In this document: piece by piece, positions 30,537 through 41,432 of the stretch
How positions within the stretch are numbered: position 1 is the first letter of the stretch
Layout: each line of letters begins with the position of its first letter
Origin: an uncultured Planctomycetota bacterium
GTDB taxonomy: Bacteria; Planctomycetota; Planctomycetia; Gemmatales; Gemmataceae
DNA: 64,000 bases
Direction: 5' to 3'
Assembly (NCBI GenBank): GCA_963849325.1
Contig: CAWKHF010000012.1
Location: forward strand, 1,248,001-1,312,000
Notes under the pieces: generated by a model
Told to the model about the DNA's origin: nothing
Databases searched by the model: none
The model's input: the letters and a program-made list of their open reading frames with translations, nothing else
Made by a program: the position numbers and the translations under genes

Positions 30537-33191
30537 ATGAAGCGCTCTCGACTCCTCGCCGCAACGGTCCTGGCCCTGCTCCTGGGAGGGGGACCGCTTT
30601 TCGCCGCGCCTGTGGATTACCTGCGCGAAGTCAAGCCGCTGCTGGCGGCACGCTGCTCCGCCTGTCACGGCGCGTTGCAGCAGAAGGGCGACCTGCGCCT
30701 CGACACGGTCGCGTCTCTCCGCGAGGGCGGCGACAGCGGGCCGGCCATCGTTCCCGGTCGCGGCAGCGAGAGTCTGCTGATCGCCGCGTATCACCGGCGC
30801 GGGGCAAGCGCCGCATGCCGCCGGCCAGCGAGGGAGAGGGACTCAGCGGCAAAGAGATCGCCCTGCTACGCGACTGGATCGACCAGGGCGCTGCCGGGCC
30901 GGCCGACGAAAAGCCCGAGCCCGATCCGAAAGACCACTGGGCCTTTCGCGCCCCCGTCCGCCCCGAGTTGCCTCGTCTCGGCGGCGACGCCCGACCCCGC
31001 AATCCCATCGACGCCTTCCTCGCCGCCGCGCGGCGAAACGCAGGCCTGACGCCGCAGCCGCCGGCCGACCGGCCGACCCTGCTGCGCCGCGTCTATCTCG
31101 ACCTGGTCGGCCTGCCGCCCAGCCGGGAACAGCTGCAAGCCTTCCTCGCCGATACCGCCCCCGATGCTTACGAGAGGGTGGTCGACCGGCTGCTGGCATC
31201 CCCGCAGTACGGCGAGCGCTGGGGCCGGCACTGGATGGACATCTGGCGCTACAGCGACTGGTGGGGGCTGGGCGACGAGGTGCGCAACAGCCAGAAGCAC
31301 ATCTGGCACTGGCGCGACTGGATCGTCGAGTCGCTCAACGCCGACAAGGGCTACGACCAGATGCTCCGCGAGATGCTCGCCGCCGACGAGCTGTACCCCG
31401 ACGACCTCGACCGCCTCCGCGCCACCGGCTTCCTGGCCCGGCACTACTTCAAGTTCAACCGCAACACCTGGCTGGACGAGACGGTCGAGCACACCTCCAA
31501 GGCGTTCCTCGGCCTGACGATGAACTGCGCCAAGTGCCACGACCACAAGTACGACCCGATCGCGCAGGCCGACTATTACCGCTTCCGGGCGTTCTTCGAG
31601 CCGTACCAGGTCCGCACCGACGAGGTGCCCGGCGAGGCCGACCCCGAGAAGGACGGCATCCCGCGGGCCTTCGACTGCAACCTCGACGCGCCGACCTACC
31701 TGCTTCGTCCGCGGCGACGAGCAACGGCCGATGAAGGACCGGCCTTTGACGCCGGGCCTTGCCGCGTTTGCTGTCCTTCGGCGAGCTGGACATCCGCCCG
31801 GTGGTGCTGCCGCCGGAGGCGCACACGCCGGGGCTGCGGCCCTTCGTCCTCGAAGCACCATCTGCGGCAGGCCGAGAAGCAGATGCCAAGCCGCCCGCGC
31901 GAACCTCGCTAGGGCGAAGCAAGACAGCTCGTCGAGGCTGGCCGTCGTCGATGGCGGAAAAGTCGCTGGCCGCTGCCGAAGCCCAGTCGGCGGCGCTGCA
32001 GGCTCGCGCGGCGGCGGATCGTGCCCGTCACCAATCGCCTTCCGCCCCGAATGCCCGCGACTTGGCTCGACAGGCGTGCGCCGCCGAACGGCGCCTGGCC
32101 GTGGCCCGCGGCCGAGGAAGCGCTCGGCCCGCGCCGAACGAACCCTGCTCCAGGCCGACGCCGGCAAGAGGACGGAAGCCGAGAAGAAACGCGACGCGGC
32201 CCAGCGACGCCGTCGCCGCGGCCCGCAAGGCGCTCGACGCGCCCGGCGAGACGTACACGCCGCTGCGCGGCGCGCTGAAGACGCCCGAGTCGAACCTGGA
32301 GACCGAGGCGTCGCGCAGCCGGCCGTTCCCGACGACGAGCACCGGCCGGCGTTCGGCGCTGGCCCGCTGGATGACCGACCGACGGCACCCGCTGACGGCC
32401 CGCGTCGCGGTCAATCACGTCTGGGCGCGGCACTTCGGCCGCCGCTGGTCGCCGACCGTCTTCGACTTCGGCCGCAAGGGCGCCGCCGCCGACGCACCCC
32501 GAGTTGCTCGACTGGCTGGCCGTCGAGCTGATGGAGAACGGCTGGAGCATGAAGCACCTGCACCGCCTGATGGTCACATCCGAGCGCCTACCGGCTGACC
32601 TCCTCCGCCGCGGGGCCGACGCCGCGAATCGAACGGTCGACCCGGAGAACCGCTATTACTGGCGGATGAACCCGGTCCGCATGGAGGCGCAGGTCGTGCG
32701 CGACAGCCTGCTGCACCTGGCCGGCGAGCTGGACGCGACGATGGGCGGCCCGTCCCGATCCCGTGCGCAGACGAGGCGTCGCGGCGGCGCAGCCTCTACT
32801 TCGTCCACTCGCACAACGACCACCACGCTTCCTGTCGATGTTCGACGACGCCAGCGTGCTGGAGTGCTACCGCCGGGCGCGAGAGCATCGTCCCGCAGCA
32901 GGCGCTGGCCCTGTCGAACAGCCGGCTCGCCCTGGACATGGCCGCCCGCATCGACGCCCGTCTGCACGACCGTCTCGGCCCGGTGCTCCGACACCGCGTT
33001 CGTGCGGGCAGCCTTCGAGACGGTCCTGCCGCCGGCCCGACCGCCGCCGAACAGGCGGAGTGCGAGCAAACCCTGGCGCGGCTGACCGCCTTGCTGGACA
33101 AGCAGGAACGCGCCGGACGCGGTCCGCCGCGCCCGCGGCGATCTCGATCCAGGCGCTGCTCAACCACAACGATTTCATCACCATCCGCTGA
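30537..33191 (+). CDS. Planctomycete cytochrome c / DUF1549 / DUF1553 protein (multiple frameshifts)
   Basis: Signal peptide, [58 protein letters not shown]. Confidence 0.85.
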
Positions 33192-33202
33192 ACGAGGCCA
33201 AC

Positions 33203-34678
33203 ATGAGTCCGCGCTGTCCCTGCCATCAACCCGGCCACGGCATCCACCGCCGGACCTTCCTCGCCGACCTGGGCATGGGCTTCACCGGCCTGGCCCTGGG
33301 CGCCATGCTGCACCGCGACGGCCACGCCTCCGACCGGTCCCGCCTGGGCGCCGCCCGACGGCAAGCCCGCACTTCCCGCCGAAGGCCAAGAGCGTCATCT
33401 GGCTGTTCATGAACGGCGGCGTCAGCCACCTGGAGACGTTCGACCCCAAGCCGATGCTCAACCAAGTACGCCGGCAAGACCATCGCCGAGACGCCCTTCA
33501 AGGACACGCAGGATCCCGAGAAGCTGAAGCTGGCCCGCGTCGTCGTCGTCAACGACGCCAACGGCCAGCAGCGCAACAAGCTCTATCCGCTCCAGGTCGG
33601 CTTCCGCAAGCACGGCCAGAGCGGCATCGAGATCAGCGACTGGTGGCCGCACCTCGGCGGCTGCGTCGACGACATCGCCGTCGTCCGCTCGATGTACACC
33701 ACCGACGACAACCACGGCGCCCAGACGCAGTTCCACTCCGGCCGGCACATGCTCGACGGCGAGTTCCCCACGCTCGGCGCCTGGGTCCATTACGGCCTCG
33801 GCTCGCTCAACGACAACCTGCCGCAGTTCGTCTCGATGGGCCGCCGCGAATACTGGAACGCCCGCGACGGCCACTACCTCGGCCCGGCCCACGACGCCGT
33901 CCCGCTGCGCATCGACCCGGCCAACCCGCTCGACTACGGCCAGCCCGAGGGCGACGTCGGCGCCGAGGAGCAGCGGGTCGGCTTCGACCTCGTCGGCCGG
34001 CTCAACCGCCTACGCGCCGTCGAGTACCCCGACGACCCGGCGCTGGCCGCCCGGATCCAGGCCTACGAGCTGGCCTTCCGCATGCAGACGTCGCTGCCCG
34101 AGGTGCTCGAACTTCAACGGCGAGACGGAGGAGACGAAGGCGACTCTACGGCCTGGACGACCCGGAGACCCGCGACTTCGGCATGCAGATGCTGGCGTCG
34201 CGGCGGCTGGTCGAGCGCGGCGTGCGCTTCATCCAGATCCAGCACGGCGCCGGCGGCGCCGGCGTCTGGGACGCCCACGGCGGCCTGCGGGCCAACCACG
34301 CGCGCAACTGTCCGCCAGGTCGACCAGCCGATCGCCGGCCTGCTGAAGGACCTCAAGCGGCGCGGCCTGCTCGACGAGACGATCGTCGTCTTCGCCACCG
34401 AGTTCGGCCGCACGCCCGGCACGCAGGGCTCCGACGGCCGCGACCACCACATCTACGGCTTCTCGGTCTGGCTGGCCGGCGGCGGCATCAAGGGCGGCGT
34501 CGTCCACGGCGCGACCGACGAGATCGGCTTCCACGCCGTCGAGGACCGCCACTACGTCACCGACATCCACGCCACGATCCTGCACCTGCTCGGCCTCGAC
34601 TCGCGGCGGCTGGAGATCCCCGGCCGCAAGCGGCTGGAGATCGACCACGGCCGACCCATCGAGGCCATCATGGCATGA
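33203..34678 (+). CDS. DUF1501 domain protein (frameshifted)
   Basis: RRTFL leader, [42 protein letters not shown]. Confidence 0.85.
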
Positions 34679-34685
34679 ACCTGGA

Positions 34686-34724
34686 CCGCTTGCGGCTTGG
34701 TGGCAAACGCTAAGCCGCAAGCGG
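34686..34724. repeat. Palindromic element, family B
   Basis: CCGCTTGCGGCTT...AAGCCGCAAGCGG, 8 nt after the DUF1501 stop. Confidence 0.8.
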
Positions 34725-34979
34725 CTTGAATATCACCCCACCAAACTCTTGGATGAAGCTTTGATTCAAAAAACGGGAAAATGGCAAGATGGTGAAGGTA
34801 GGTGGCTACCTATGTTCGCTAGATTGCTATTCCTCCGTTTATTGAATCAAAGCTCCCTCTCCACGCCGGCAAAGGGTCCGCGTGGCACCGTCCATCCGGG
34901 AAACGACAGAGGACAGCCAACCTTGCGGTCGTCCGTCCTCCATCTGCCTCGGGATGTTCGTTCGTGTTCCCCGAAGGGG

Positions 34980-35366
34980 TCACGGCAATTGCCTGGCGTC
35001 CTCTTTCTTGTCGCTTGGTGCGTCGTCCTTGCTATCGGGCTTGGGAAAGGGCAGAGGTTCCTTGGCGGGCGGCAGCATGGCCGGGTTCGCCGCATTGATC
35101 GCCAGGATGCGTTCCTTGACGATCTGGGCGGACTCGGCGGGCGGCGTCCAGTACTGAACGACCTGGTAATCGGTGTGCGGCGGTCCAAAATACTGCGGCC
35201 ACCAGTACGGATAAGGAGCGTACCAGGTGACGGAGGGCACGAACGCGCCCTCCCTTCCACGCATCGCGGTTCGGACGTCGCAACCGTCCGCTCGGCTCGG
35301 GCTTCCGGTCGAGAACAGGGTCAAAAAGAAACCGGCGGTGAGAAGTAAGGTGATCATACGCGGCAT
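34980..35366 (-). CDS. Small secreted protein of unknown function
   Basis: RBS GGAGGAG, signal-peptide-like MPRMITLLLTAGFFLTL, aromatic/Pro-rich YAPYPYWWPQYF core. Confidence 0.6.
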   Translation of the reverse strand: MPRMITLLLTAGFFLTLFSTGSPSRADGCDVRTAMRGREGAFVPSVTWYAPYPYWWPQYFGPPHTDYQVVQYWTPPAESAQIVKERILAINAANPAMLPPAKEPLPFPKPDSKDDAPSDKKEDARQLP

Positions 35367-35607
35367 GGGCTCCTCCCAAGAGACTCGGCCAGCGCGGGAA
35401 CGTCCGGCCGTGTGATTTTCCATCCGATACAGCCAATCCTATCATTCGGCGCGGCGGGAGGCGGGTGCGTTCTCGGCTGCGCGGCGCTTTTCACCACCAC
35501 CTGCGCCGGATAGTCCCTATGGGCGATACATTTCCTGTCTCCGGAAGGATCGTCTGTCCGTTTATAAGGAATAGGTGTTGCATGTTTTTTTCCAGAAAGG
35601 TTCAGCG

Positions 35608-36282
35608 ATGATGCGACTTGGGAAACTCGGTTTGGTGTTGGCGGTCGTGGCGATGGCGTCCGGCCCGGCGTTGGCGCAGCAGCGTCAGCCGGGCGGCCGC
35701 GGTTTTGGAGGCTTCGGCGGTTCTCCGCTCTTCCTCCTGGCCCAGAAATCGGTCCAGGATGAGCTGAAGCTCTCCGAAGACCAGGTCAAGAAGGTCAAGG
35801 ATCTCAGCGACAAGCAGCGCGGATCGTTCCAGGGTCTGCGCGACCTCAGCCCTGAAGAGCGCCAGAAAAAGATGCAAGAAGCGAGGAAGGCCAATGACAA
35901 GGCGGTTGCCGATATCCTGAAGGCGGAACAACTCAAGCGTCTCAAGCAAATCTCCCTGCAACAGCGCGGAGCACGCGCGTTCAGCGATCCCGAGACGGCC
36001 AAGGCCCTCCATCTCACCGACGGGCAGACGGAGAAAGTGAAAACCATTCTCGAAGCGTCACGGCCCGCGGGCGGTCAGCGCGGTCAGCGCGGTCAGCGGA
36101 CGGAGGAAGAGCGCCAGAAGCTGGACGCGGCACGCAAGGCGACCAACGAGAAGTTGATGAACGTCCTCACGTCCGAGCAGAAGGCGAAGTGGAAGGAATT
36201 GACCGGCGAGCCGTTCAAGGGCGAGATTCGCCGGCCGGAGTTTGGGGGTCGCAATCGGCAGACTCCCCGTCCGGCTCGGTAA
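35608..36282 (+). CDS. Secreted alpha-helical protein (Spy/CpxP LTxxQ-like repeats)
   Basis: Signal peptide ending ALA; VQDELKLSEDQ, LHLTDGQ, VLTSEQKAKWKELTGEPF. Confidence 0.7.
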   Translation: MMRLGKLGLVLAVVAMASGPALAQQRQPGGRGFGGFGGSPLFLLAQKSVQDELKLSEDQVKKVKDLSDKQRGSFQGLRDLSPEERQKKMQEARKANDKAVADILKAEQLKRLKQISLQQRGARAFSDPETAKALHLTDGQTEKVKTILEASRPAGGQRGQRGQRTEEERQKLDAARKATNEKLMNVLTSEQKAKWKELTGEPFKGEIRRPEFGGRNRQTPRPAR

Positions 36283-36303
36283 GGGAAAGCAACGGATGGC
36301 GAC

Positions 36304-36359
36304 ACGGGGCAGGAGGGTTGCGCCTCCAAAGCGGGGTAGGCGCGACGCTCCTGCCCCGT
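36304..36359. repeat. Intergenic GC-rich hairpin
   Basis: ACGGGGCAGGAG...CTCCTGCCCCGT with an inner GCGCCT/AGGCGC stem, between two co-directional secreted-protein genes. Confidence 0.55.
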
Positions 36360-36393
36360 CCGTCCGGTGACTGTATTCCAGCAAGGGGAAAAA

Positions 36394-37638
36394 ATGAGGA
36401 AGTTCGTTGTCTTCATGGGCATTGGAGCGGCGTTGTTGCTGTCCGCCGCGGCGCGAGCAGATGATCCGGCGCCGGGCGGCGCGGGCAACGCGCGTTTCCA
36501 GCGCGATCGTTCGCGCGGCTCGCGCGGCTTCGCCGATTGGGACAGCCGCCGAGGAAGCTACGATCGCTCTCGGCGTCAAGAGCTTCGTGACCGAGACGAC
36601 AAATCGGGCGAGGCCGACCGAGGCCGGCGCGACCAGCGCCGCGGCGGTTCGGCCGCCCCTGCGGGCCGTCGTGAAGAGGACCGTGCTCGGCGCGAGGATC
36701 GTCCCGGCGCTCCGCCCGCTCCTCCGGCACGTCGGGAGGAAGGTCGCGGCCGAAGCGACGACCGACGGAGCGGCCCAGCGGCCCCTCCTCGGCCTTCCGC
36801 GGATCGACGCGAAGGGCCAGGACCACGAGAGGGCCGTCCTTCCGTCGGCCCCAGGGGGCGTTTCGATCGAGGAGTCGGCCCGGCGCGCGAGTCGCGTCCG
36901 CCGCAACGGGAAGCCTCGCACCGTCCGGACGAGCGACGTCCTCAGGCGGGACCGGCCCGCGGCCGTTCCTCGTGGCGCGATCGAGGTTCTCGCCAGGGCG
37001 ACTGGCGCTCCCAGGCCCGTGAGTCCGAGCATCGCCGTCCGGGGCAGCGGGGCGCGGAGCAGGGGCGTGGCCGAGGACGAGAGCACAGCTTCCATCGCGG
37101 CACCGCGCGAGGTGGTCGCCTGGGGATGGGTTCGGCGCGGCATGGACGCGGAGGAGAGCATTTCGCCCCACGCGGACGTGCGCAGGCGTCGCAACGTCGA
37201 GGTCACGGTTCGCGCGGCCATCACGCTTTTGGCCATCCCGGCCGCGGCGCACGGCATGAAGGTCGGGGCGAACGAGGGCGTCATGGACCCGCCCATCATG
37301 GTTTTGCACGTGGCTCCCACGGCCGAGGGCATCACGGACATCACGATTCGGGACGCGCTCACGAGGTACGCGGGCGCGGCGGTTGGGGCCGCGAAGCCTG
37401 GCACGGACACGGCCCCGCGCATCGGGGTCAGGGGTCGGGACACTATGGCCGAGGTCATGAAGTCCGCGGGCATCACGGGCGCGGCCATGACGGCCCTTAC
37501 GGTCATGGCTTCGCCGCCCATCGCGACGAAAGGTCACGCGGTCGCGGACAGGGCTTCCATCACTGGGAAGACCGTGGCGGTTTCTCCGCTCATCATTCGG
37601 TGAGCCACGGCCGGGGCGAGTGCCGACATCGCCGATAA
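36394..37638 (+). CDS. Secreted Arg/Gly/His-rich low-complexity protein
   Basis: Clear signal peptide MRKFVVFMGIGAALLLSAAARA, then about 390 residues rich in R, G, D/E and H. Confidence 0.6.
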   Translation: MRKFVVFMGIGAALLLSAAARADDPAPGGAGNARFQRDRSRGSRGFADWDSRRGSYDRSRRQELRDRDDKSGEADRGRRDQRRGGSAAPAGRREEDRARREDRPGAPPAPPARREEGRGRSDDRRSGPAAPPRPSADRREGPGPREGRPSVGPRGRFDRGVGPARESRPPQREASHRPDERRPQAGPARGRSSWRDRGSRQGDWRSQARESEHRRPGQRGAEQGRGRGREHSFHRGTARGGRLGMGSARHGRGGEHFAPRGRAQASQRRGHGSRGHHAFGHPGRGARHEGRGERGRHGPAHHGFARGSHGRGHHGHHDSGRAHEVRGRGGWGREAWHGHGPAHRGQGSGHYGRGHEVRGHHGRGHDGPYGHGFAAHRDERSRGRGQGFHHWEDRGGFSAHHSVSHGRGECRHRR

Positions 37639-37668
37639 ATTGCCGTTACCGTTCCACACTCGCTCGGG

Positions 37669-37806
37669 GCGATTGATGCTCTGGGCGAGATTGGTCCCGC
37701 CGCGCGGGCGGCCATCGTGCCGTTGAGCCGATGCTTGAAGGACGAGGACGCCGAGATCCGCAAGGCCGCCGCCCTCGCCCTCGGGAAAATCCAGGAGATG
37801 GAGTAA
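37669..37806 (+). pseudogene. HEAT-repeat protein C-terminal remnant
   Basis: Translates as AIDALGEIGPAARAAIVPLSRCLKDEDAEIRKAAALALGKIQEME*; no start codon of its own before the repeat. Confidence 0.6.
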
Positions 37807-37813
37807 AGAAATG

Positions 37814-37938
37814 AACCACGGATGAACACAGATGAACGCAGATAAGACAAAGACAAAGGATAAAGGGCGTTTATTTTGTCTCTATTTCTTTTTTGTCTTT
37901 TTTGTCTTATCCGTGTTCATCTGTGTTCATCCGTGGTT
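37814..37938. repeat. Palindromic element, family A variant (10-nt CACGGATGAA units)
   Basis: AACCACGGATGAACACAGATGAACGCAGATAAGACAAA...TTTGTCTTATCCGTGTTCATCTGTGTTCATCCGTGGTT; overlaps the sucD stop. Confidence 0.85.
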
Positions 37939-38809
37939 AATTCTTCTTCATCGCTCGCTGGATGGTGGCGCCGAGGTCGGCGGGGCTGTCGGCCACGGCG
38001 ATGCCGGCGGCGCGCAGGGCGGCGATCTTGTCGGCGGCCGTGCCGCTGCCGCCGCTGATGATGGCGCCGGCGTGGCCCATGCGCTTGCCCGGCGGCGCCG
38101 TCTGCCCGGCGATGAACGCCGCCACCGGCTTGCTTACACGCAGCTTGACGTACTCCGCCGCCCTCTCTTCCGCCGTGCCGCCGATTTCGCCAATCAGCAA
38201 GATCGCCTCCGTCCGCGGATCGTCCTGGAACATTTTCAGCAGATCGATCTGCGTGGTGCCGATGATCGGATCGCCGCCGATGCCGACGCACGTTGACTGT
38301 CCCAGGCCGAGGTTGGACAGCTGCCAGACGGCCTCGTAGGTAAGCGTGCCGCTGCGGCTGATGACGCCGACAGGTCCGGGCTTGTGGATATAGCCGGGCA
38401 TGATGCCGATCTTGCACTGGCCCGGCGTGATAATGCCCGGACAGTTGGGGCCGATCAGGCGGCAGTTCTTGTCCTGGAGGAAGCGCATGGTGCGGGCCAT
38501 GTCGAGAACGGGGATGCCCTCGGTGATGGCGACGATGACCTCGATGCCGGCGTCGGCGGCCTCCAGGATAGCGTCGGCGGCGCCGGCGGGCGGCACGAAA
38601 ATCATGGTGGCGTTGGCCCCGGTCTTCTTGACGGCCTCGGCCACAGAGTTGAATAGCGGGAAGCCTTCCTTGGTGGTGCCGCCCTTGCCAGGCACGACAC
38701 CGCCGACGACCTGCGTCCCGTACTCGCGGCACAGCTTGGCGTGATTGGTCCCCGCCTTGCCCATGCCCTGGCAGAGCACGCGCGTGTTCCTGTCCACAAG
38801 GATGCTCAT
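37937..38809 (-). CDS. sucD: Succinyl-CoA synthetase alpha subunit
   Basis: [40 protein letters not shown]. Confidence 0.97.
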   Translation of the reverse strand: MSILVDRNTRVLCQGMGKAGTNHAKLCREYGTQVVGGVVPGKGGTTKEGFPLFNSVAEAVKKTGANATMIFVPPAGAADAILEAADAGIEVIVAITEGIPVLDMARTMRFLQDKNCRLIGPNCPGIITPGQCKIGIMPGYIHKPGPVGVISRSGTLTYEAVWQLSNLGLGQSTCVGIGGDPIIGTTQIDLLKMFQDDPRTEAILLIGEIGGTAEERAAEYVKLRVSKPVAAFIAGQTAPPGKRMGHAGAIISGGSGTAADKIAALRAAGIAVADSPADLGATIQRAMKKN

Positions 38810-38815
38810 AGGTAG

Positions 38816-39172
38816 TTAATCCTTCTCCACGAGATGCTCCGAAGCTTCCCAGGCACGTCTCCCTTCGGCCGTCATGTGGAACCATGCCCGCCAAACGTAA
38901 CTTGGCTCGCGCGGGTCCGACACCGTCGAACCGGATTCTTCCAGGCGCGCCGCCAAAAGGCCCGCTTGCACCAGGCTGGTTATCCGCTCCGCGATTTCTT
39001 GCAGCGATGCGGCTCCTCGGGCTGGGCGCAAGTAGTAAGCCCCGCGCTGCCGGTCCTCATAGTGTTCCGCCGAGAAATCCAAACTGATCAGGTGATAAAT
39101 CTGCTCCAGGTTTTCCCAGTCGTCGGCGGTGGCATTCAGGACCTCCCACGCCGTCTTATCGAGAGCGTGCAT
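38816..39172 (-). CDS. Hypothetical protein (possibly winged-helix-like or immunity/antitoxin)
   Basis: RBS GAGGAG; 118 aa acidic ORF ending WFHMTAEGRRAW; sits between sucC and sucD. Confidence 0.6.
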   Translation of the reverse strand: MHALDKTAWEVLNATADDWENLEQIYHLISLDFSAEHYEDRQRGAYYLRPARGAASLQEIAERITSLVQAGLLAARLEESGSTVSDPREPSYVWRAWFHMTAEGRRAWEASEHLVEKD

Positions 39173-39183
39173 GAACGACTCCT

Positions 39184-39414
39184 CTATGTCCAGTTGGGGC
39201 GGAAGTGCGGCGCCGTGAACCAGGTGCCATCAGGTTTCAGCAGGGTATGCCGAACCAATTCCTCACCCGTGGTTTTGTGGCGAAGCAGCTCTTGAACACT
39301 CGATCCGCCCCGATTCCGCCGGTTGGTGGAGGGGAGGGTCTCCGTTCGTACCATCTCCCATTGCATCGGATCGGTTTCATAGTCGCGGATCCGTTCGGGG
39401 AGTGATCGCGGCAT
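39184..39414 (-). CDS. Small hypothetical protein
   Basis: 76 aa, protein-like composition (SVQELLRHKTTGEELVRHTL...HFRP); tightly spaced with the next gene. Confidence 0.6.
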   Translation of the reverse strand: MPRSLPERIRDYETDPMQWEMVRTETLPSTNRRNRGGSSVQELLRHKTTGEELVRHTLLKPDGTWFTAPHFRPNWT

Positions 39415-39448
39415 CGTGCGACACCCGAAAATCGATCCTTCTTCTATT

Positions 39449-40641
39449 TTAAGCCTTCGCCGCCGCGACGACCTTCTTCGCCGCCTCCGTCAACCCGCTC
39501 GCCGTGGTGATGTTCAGCCCGCTTTCCGCCAACATCTTGCGGCCCAACTCCACGTTCGTGCCCTCCAGACGCACCACCAGCGGCACGTGGAAACCGACCT
39601 CCTTGAAGGCGGCGAGGATCGCTCCGGCGATGATGTCGCACTGCATGATACCGCCGAAAATGTTCACCAGCACCGCCTTGACGCGCGCGTCGCTCAGCAG
39701 GATGCGGAACGCCTCCGTCACCTGCTCCTTGTTGGCGCCGCCGCCGACGTCGAGGAAGTTGGCCGGCTCGCCGCCGTGATACTTGATGATGTCCATCGTC
39801 GCCATCGCCAGGCCGGCCCCGTTGACCAGGCAACCGATGGTGCCCGTCAGGCTGATGTAACTCAACCCCGAACGACCCGCCCGCAGTTCGGCCGGGTTCT
39901 CCTCCGTCTCGTCGCGCAGCTGGGCGATGTCGGGATGGCAGAACAGGGCGTTGTCGTCGAAGGTCATCTTGGCATCGACCGCCAGCACGTCGCCGTTGTC
40001 CATGACGGCCAGCGGATTGATCTCGGCGAGACTGCAATCCTTCTCCAGGTAGACCTTCGCCAGGGCCGCGACGATCGCCTCGGTCTTCGCCGCCTGCTCG
40101 CCGGAGAAGCCCAGGTCGTAGGCCACCCGCCGGGCCTGGAAGGGCTGCAAGCCGAATTCCGGTTGAACCATCGTCTTGAGGATCTTTTCGGGGCTGTGCG
40201 CGGCGACCTCCTCGATCTCGACACCGCCCTCGGCGCAGGCCATCAGCACCGTGCGCCGACGGCGCGATCGAGCACCATGCCGACGTAGACTTCGCGCACG
40301 ATCTTGGCCGACGCCTCGACGAGAAGCAGCTTCGACACCTTTTGGCCGGACTCGCCGGTCTGCTTGGTCACCAGCGGATACCGGAGCATGACCTCGGCGA
40401 CCGCGCCGGCATCGGCGCGGTTGGTGACGAACTTGACGCCGCCGAAATCCTTGCCGCTGTCCTTGAAGCGTCCCTTGCCACGCCCGCCGGCGTGGACCTG
40501 GGCCTTGACGACGACAGGACCGCCGCCGAGCTGATCGAAGGCTTGCTGCGCCTCGGCCGCCGACGAGGCCACGAGGCCGCGAGGGATGGCAGCACCGGCC
40601 CGCGCCAACAATTCTTTCGCCTGATATTCGTGGATTTTCAT
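39449..40641 (-). CDS. sucC: Succinyl-CoA synthetase beta subunit (frameshift near 40250)
   Basis: [52 protein letters not shown]. Confidence 0.96.
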
Positions 40642-41011
40642 GCGACTGTCCTCGGAGGGGGTGTCCCGTTCCGCTGCGGGCGTGTCACTCTCTTTATAGG
40701 ATGCTGGTACAGTCCTGGCAGGGCCGCTGGCGGCTTCGATCCAAACCGCAAGGGTCTTACCAACGGTAATGGACGCTCGATCGCATCCGTCCCCCAGGCT
40801 TATCACTCCCTCGATGGCTTGACCAGCCTCCGAAGGCCGCAAGAGTTGCGGCTTGCGGGTATTCGCGCGGTCGTGGAGGCGCGGCGGACTCTTTTCCGAA
40901 ACGCTCCGGTGATTTTTCTTCCAGAATGACCGATCTATCCGGTGTGGGGCGCGACGTGCCCGAGTCGTGTCCCCCAACGATCGTGCTCGCATTCAACCAA
41001 GGCGAACTTCC

Positions 41012-41314
41012 ATGACGCAGCTCCTGCTCCAGTGCATTGGCGAAACGACGAACGAACCGTGCGGCTTGTGCGGCCAGGCGACGACGGCATCCGCGGGCAT
41101 ACGGCTCGTTGTCGCCGGCTCCGGCGCCGCCGTCTGCCTGGAGTGCGGCCGCCGGCACGCGCCGTCGCTGTCGGCCCTGGTCGGCCTCGCCGACGCCGCC
41201 ACGCGCATCGGCCGCATCGGCCGGCATTCGGTCTTTCCGCCATTCACCGCCCTGCTCGACCTGGCCAGCGCCGCCGAGAAGTATGCTCAGACCTCTCCGC
41301 CCGCCACCGGCTGA
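41012..41314 (+). CDS. Small putative zinc-binding protein
   Basis: CGLCG and CLECGRRH motifs in a 100-aa ORF. Confidence 0.55.
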   Translation: MTQLLLQCIGETTNEPCGLCGQATTASAGIRLVVAGSGAAVCLECGRRHAPSLSALVGLADAATRIGRIGRHSVFPPFTALLDLASAAEKYAQTSPPATG

Positions 41315-41432
41315 CAACTCCCGCTGTCCTCGTTCGGAAAGAATGCGTGTTTCCGTGAGCGGAGCCGTTACAATCAACGGCACCGGCCGCCAAACATCCG
41401 GCACACGCATCGTCTTTCCTTCGGGGACCGTC

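Noticed and set aside
36070-36099. GCGGTCAGC tandem repeat as a contingency locus
   Set aside because: It is an in-frame 9-nt unit encoding a GQR linker and would not switch phase.
36058-37603. Long alternative-frame ORFs over the Arg/Gly/His-rich gene
   Set aside because: Stop-poor GC-rich low-complexity DNA explains them; only the 36394 frame has a signal peptide.
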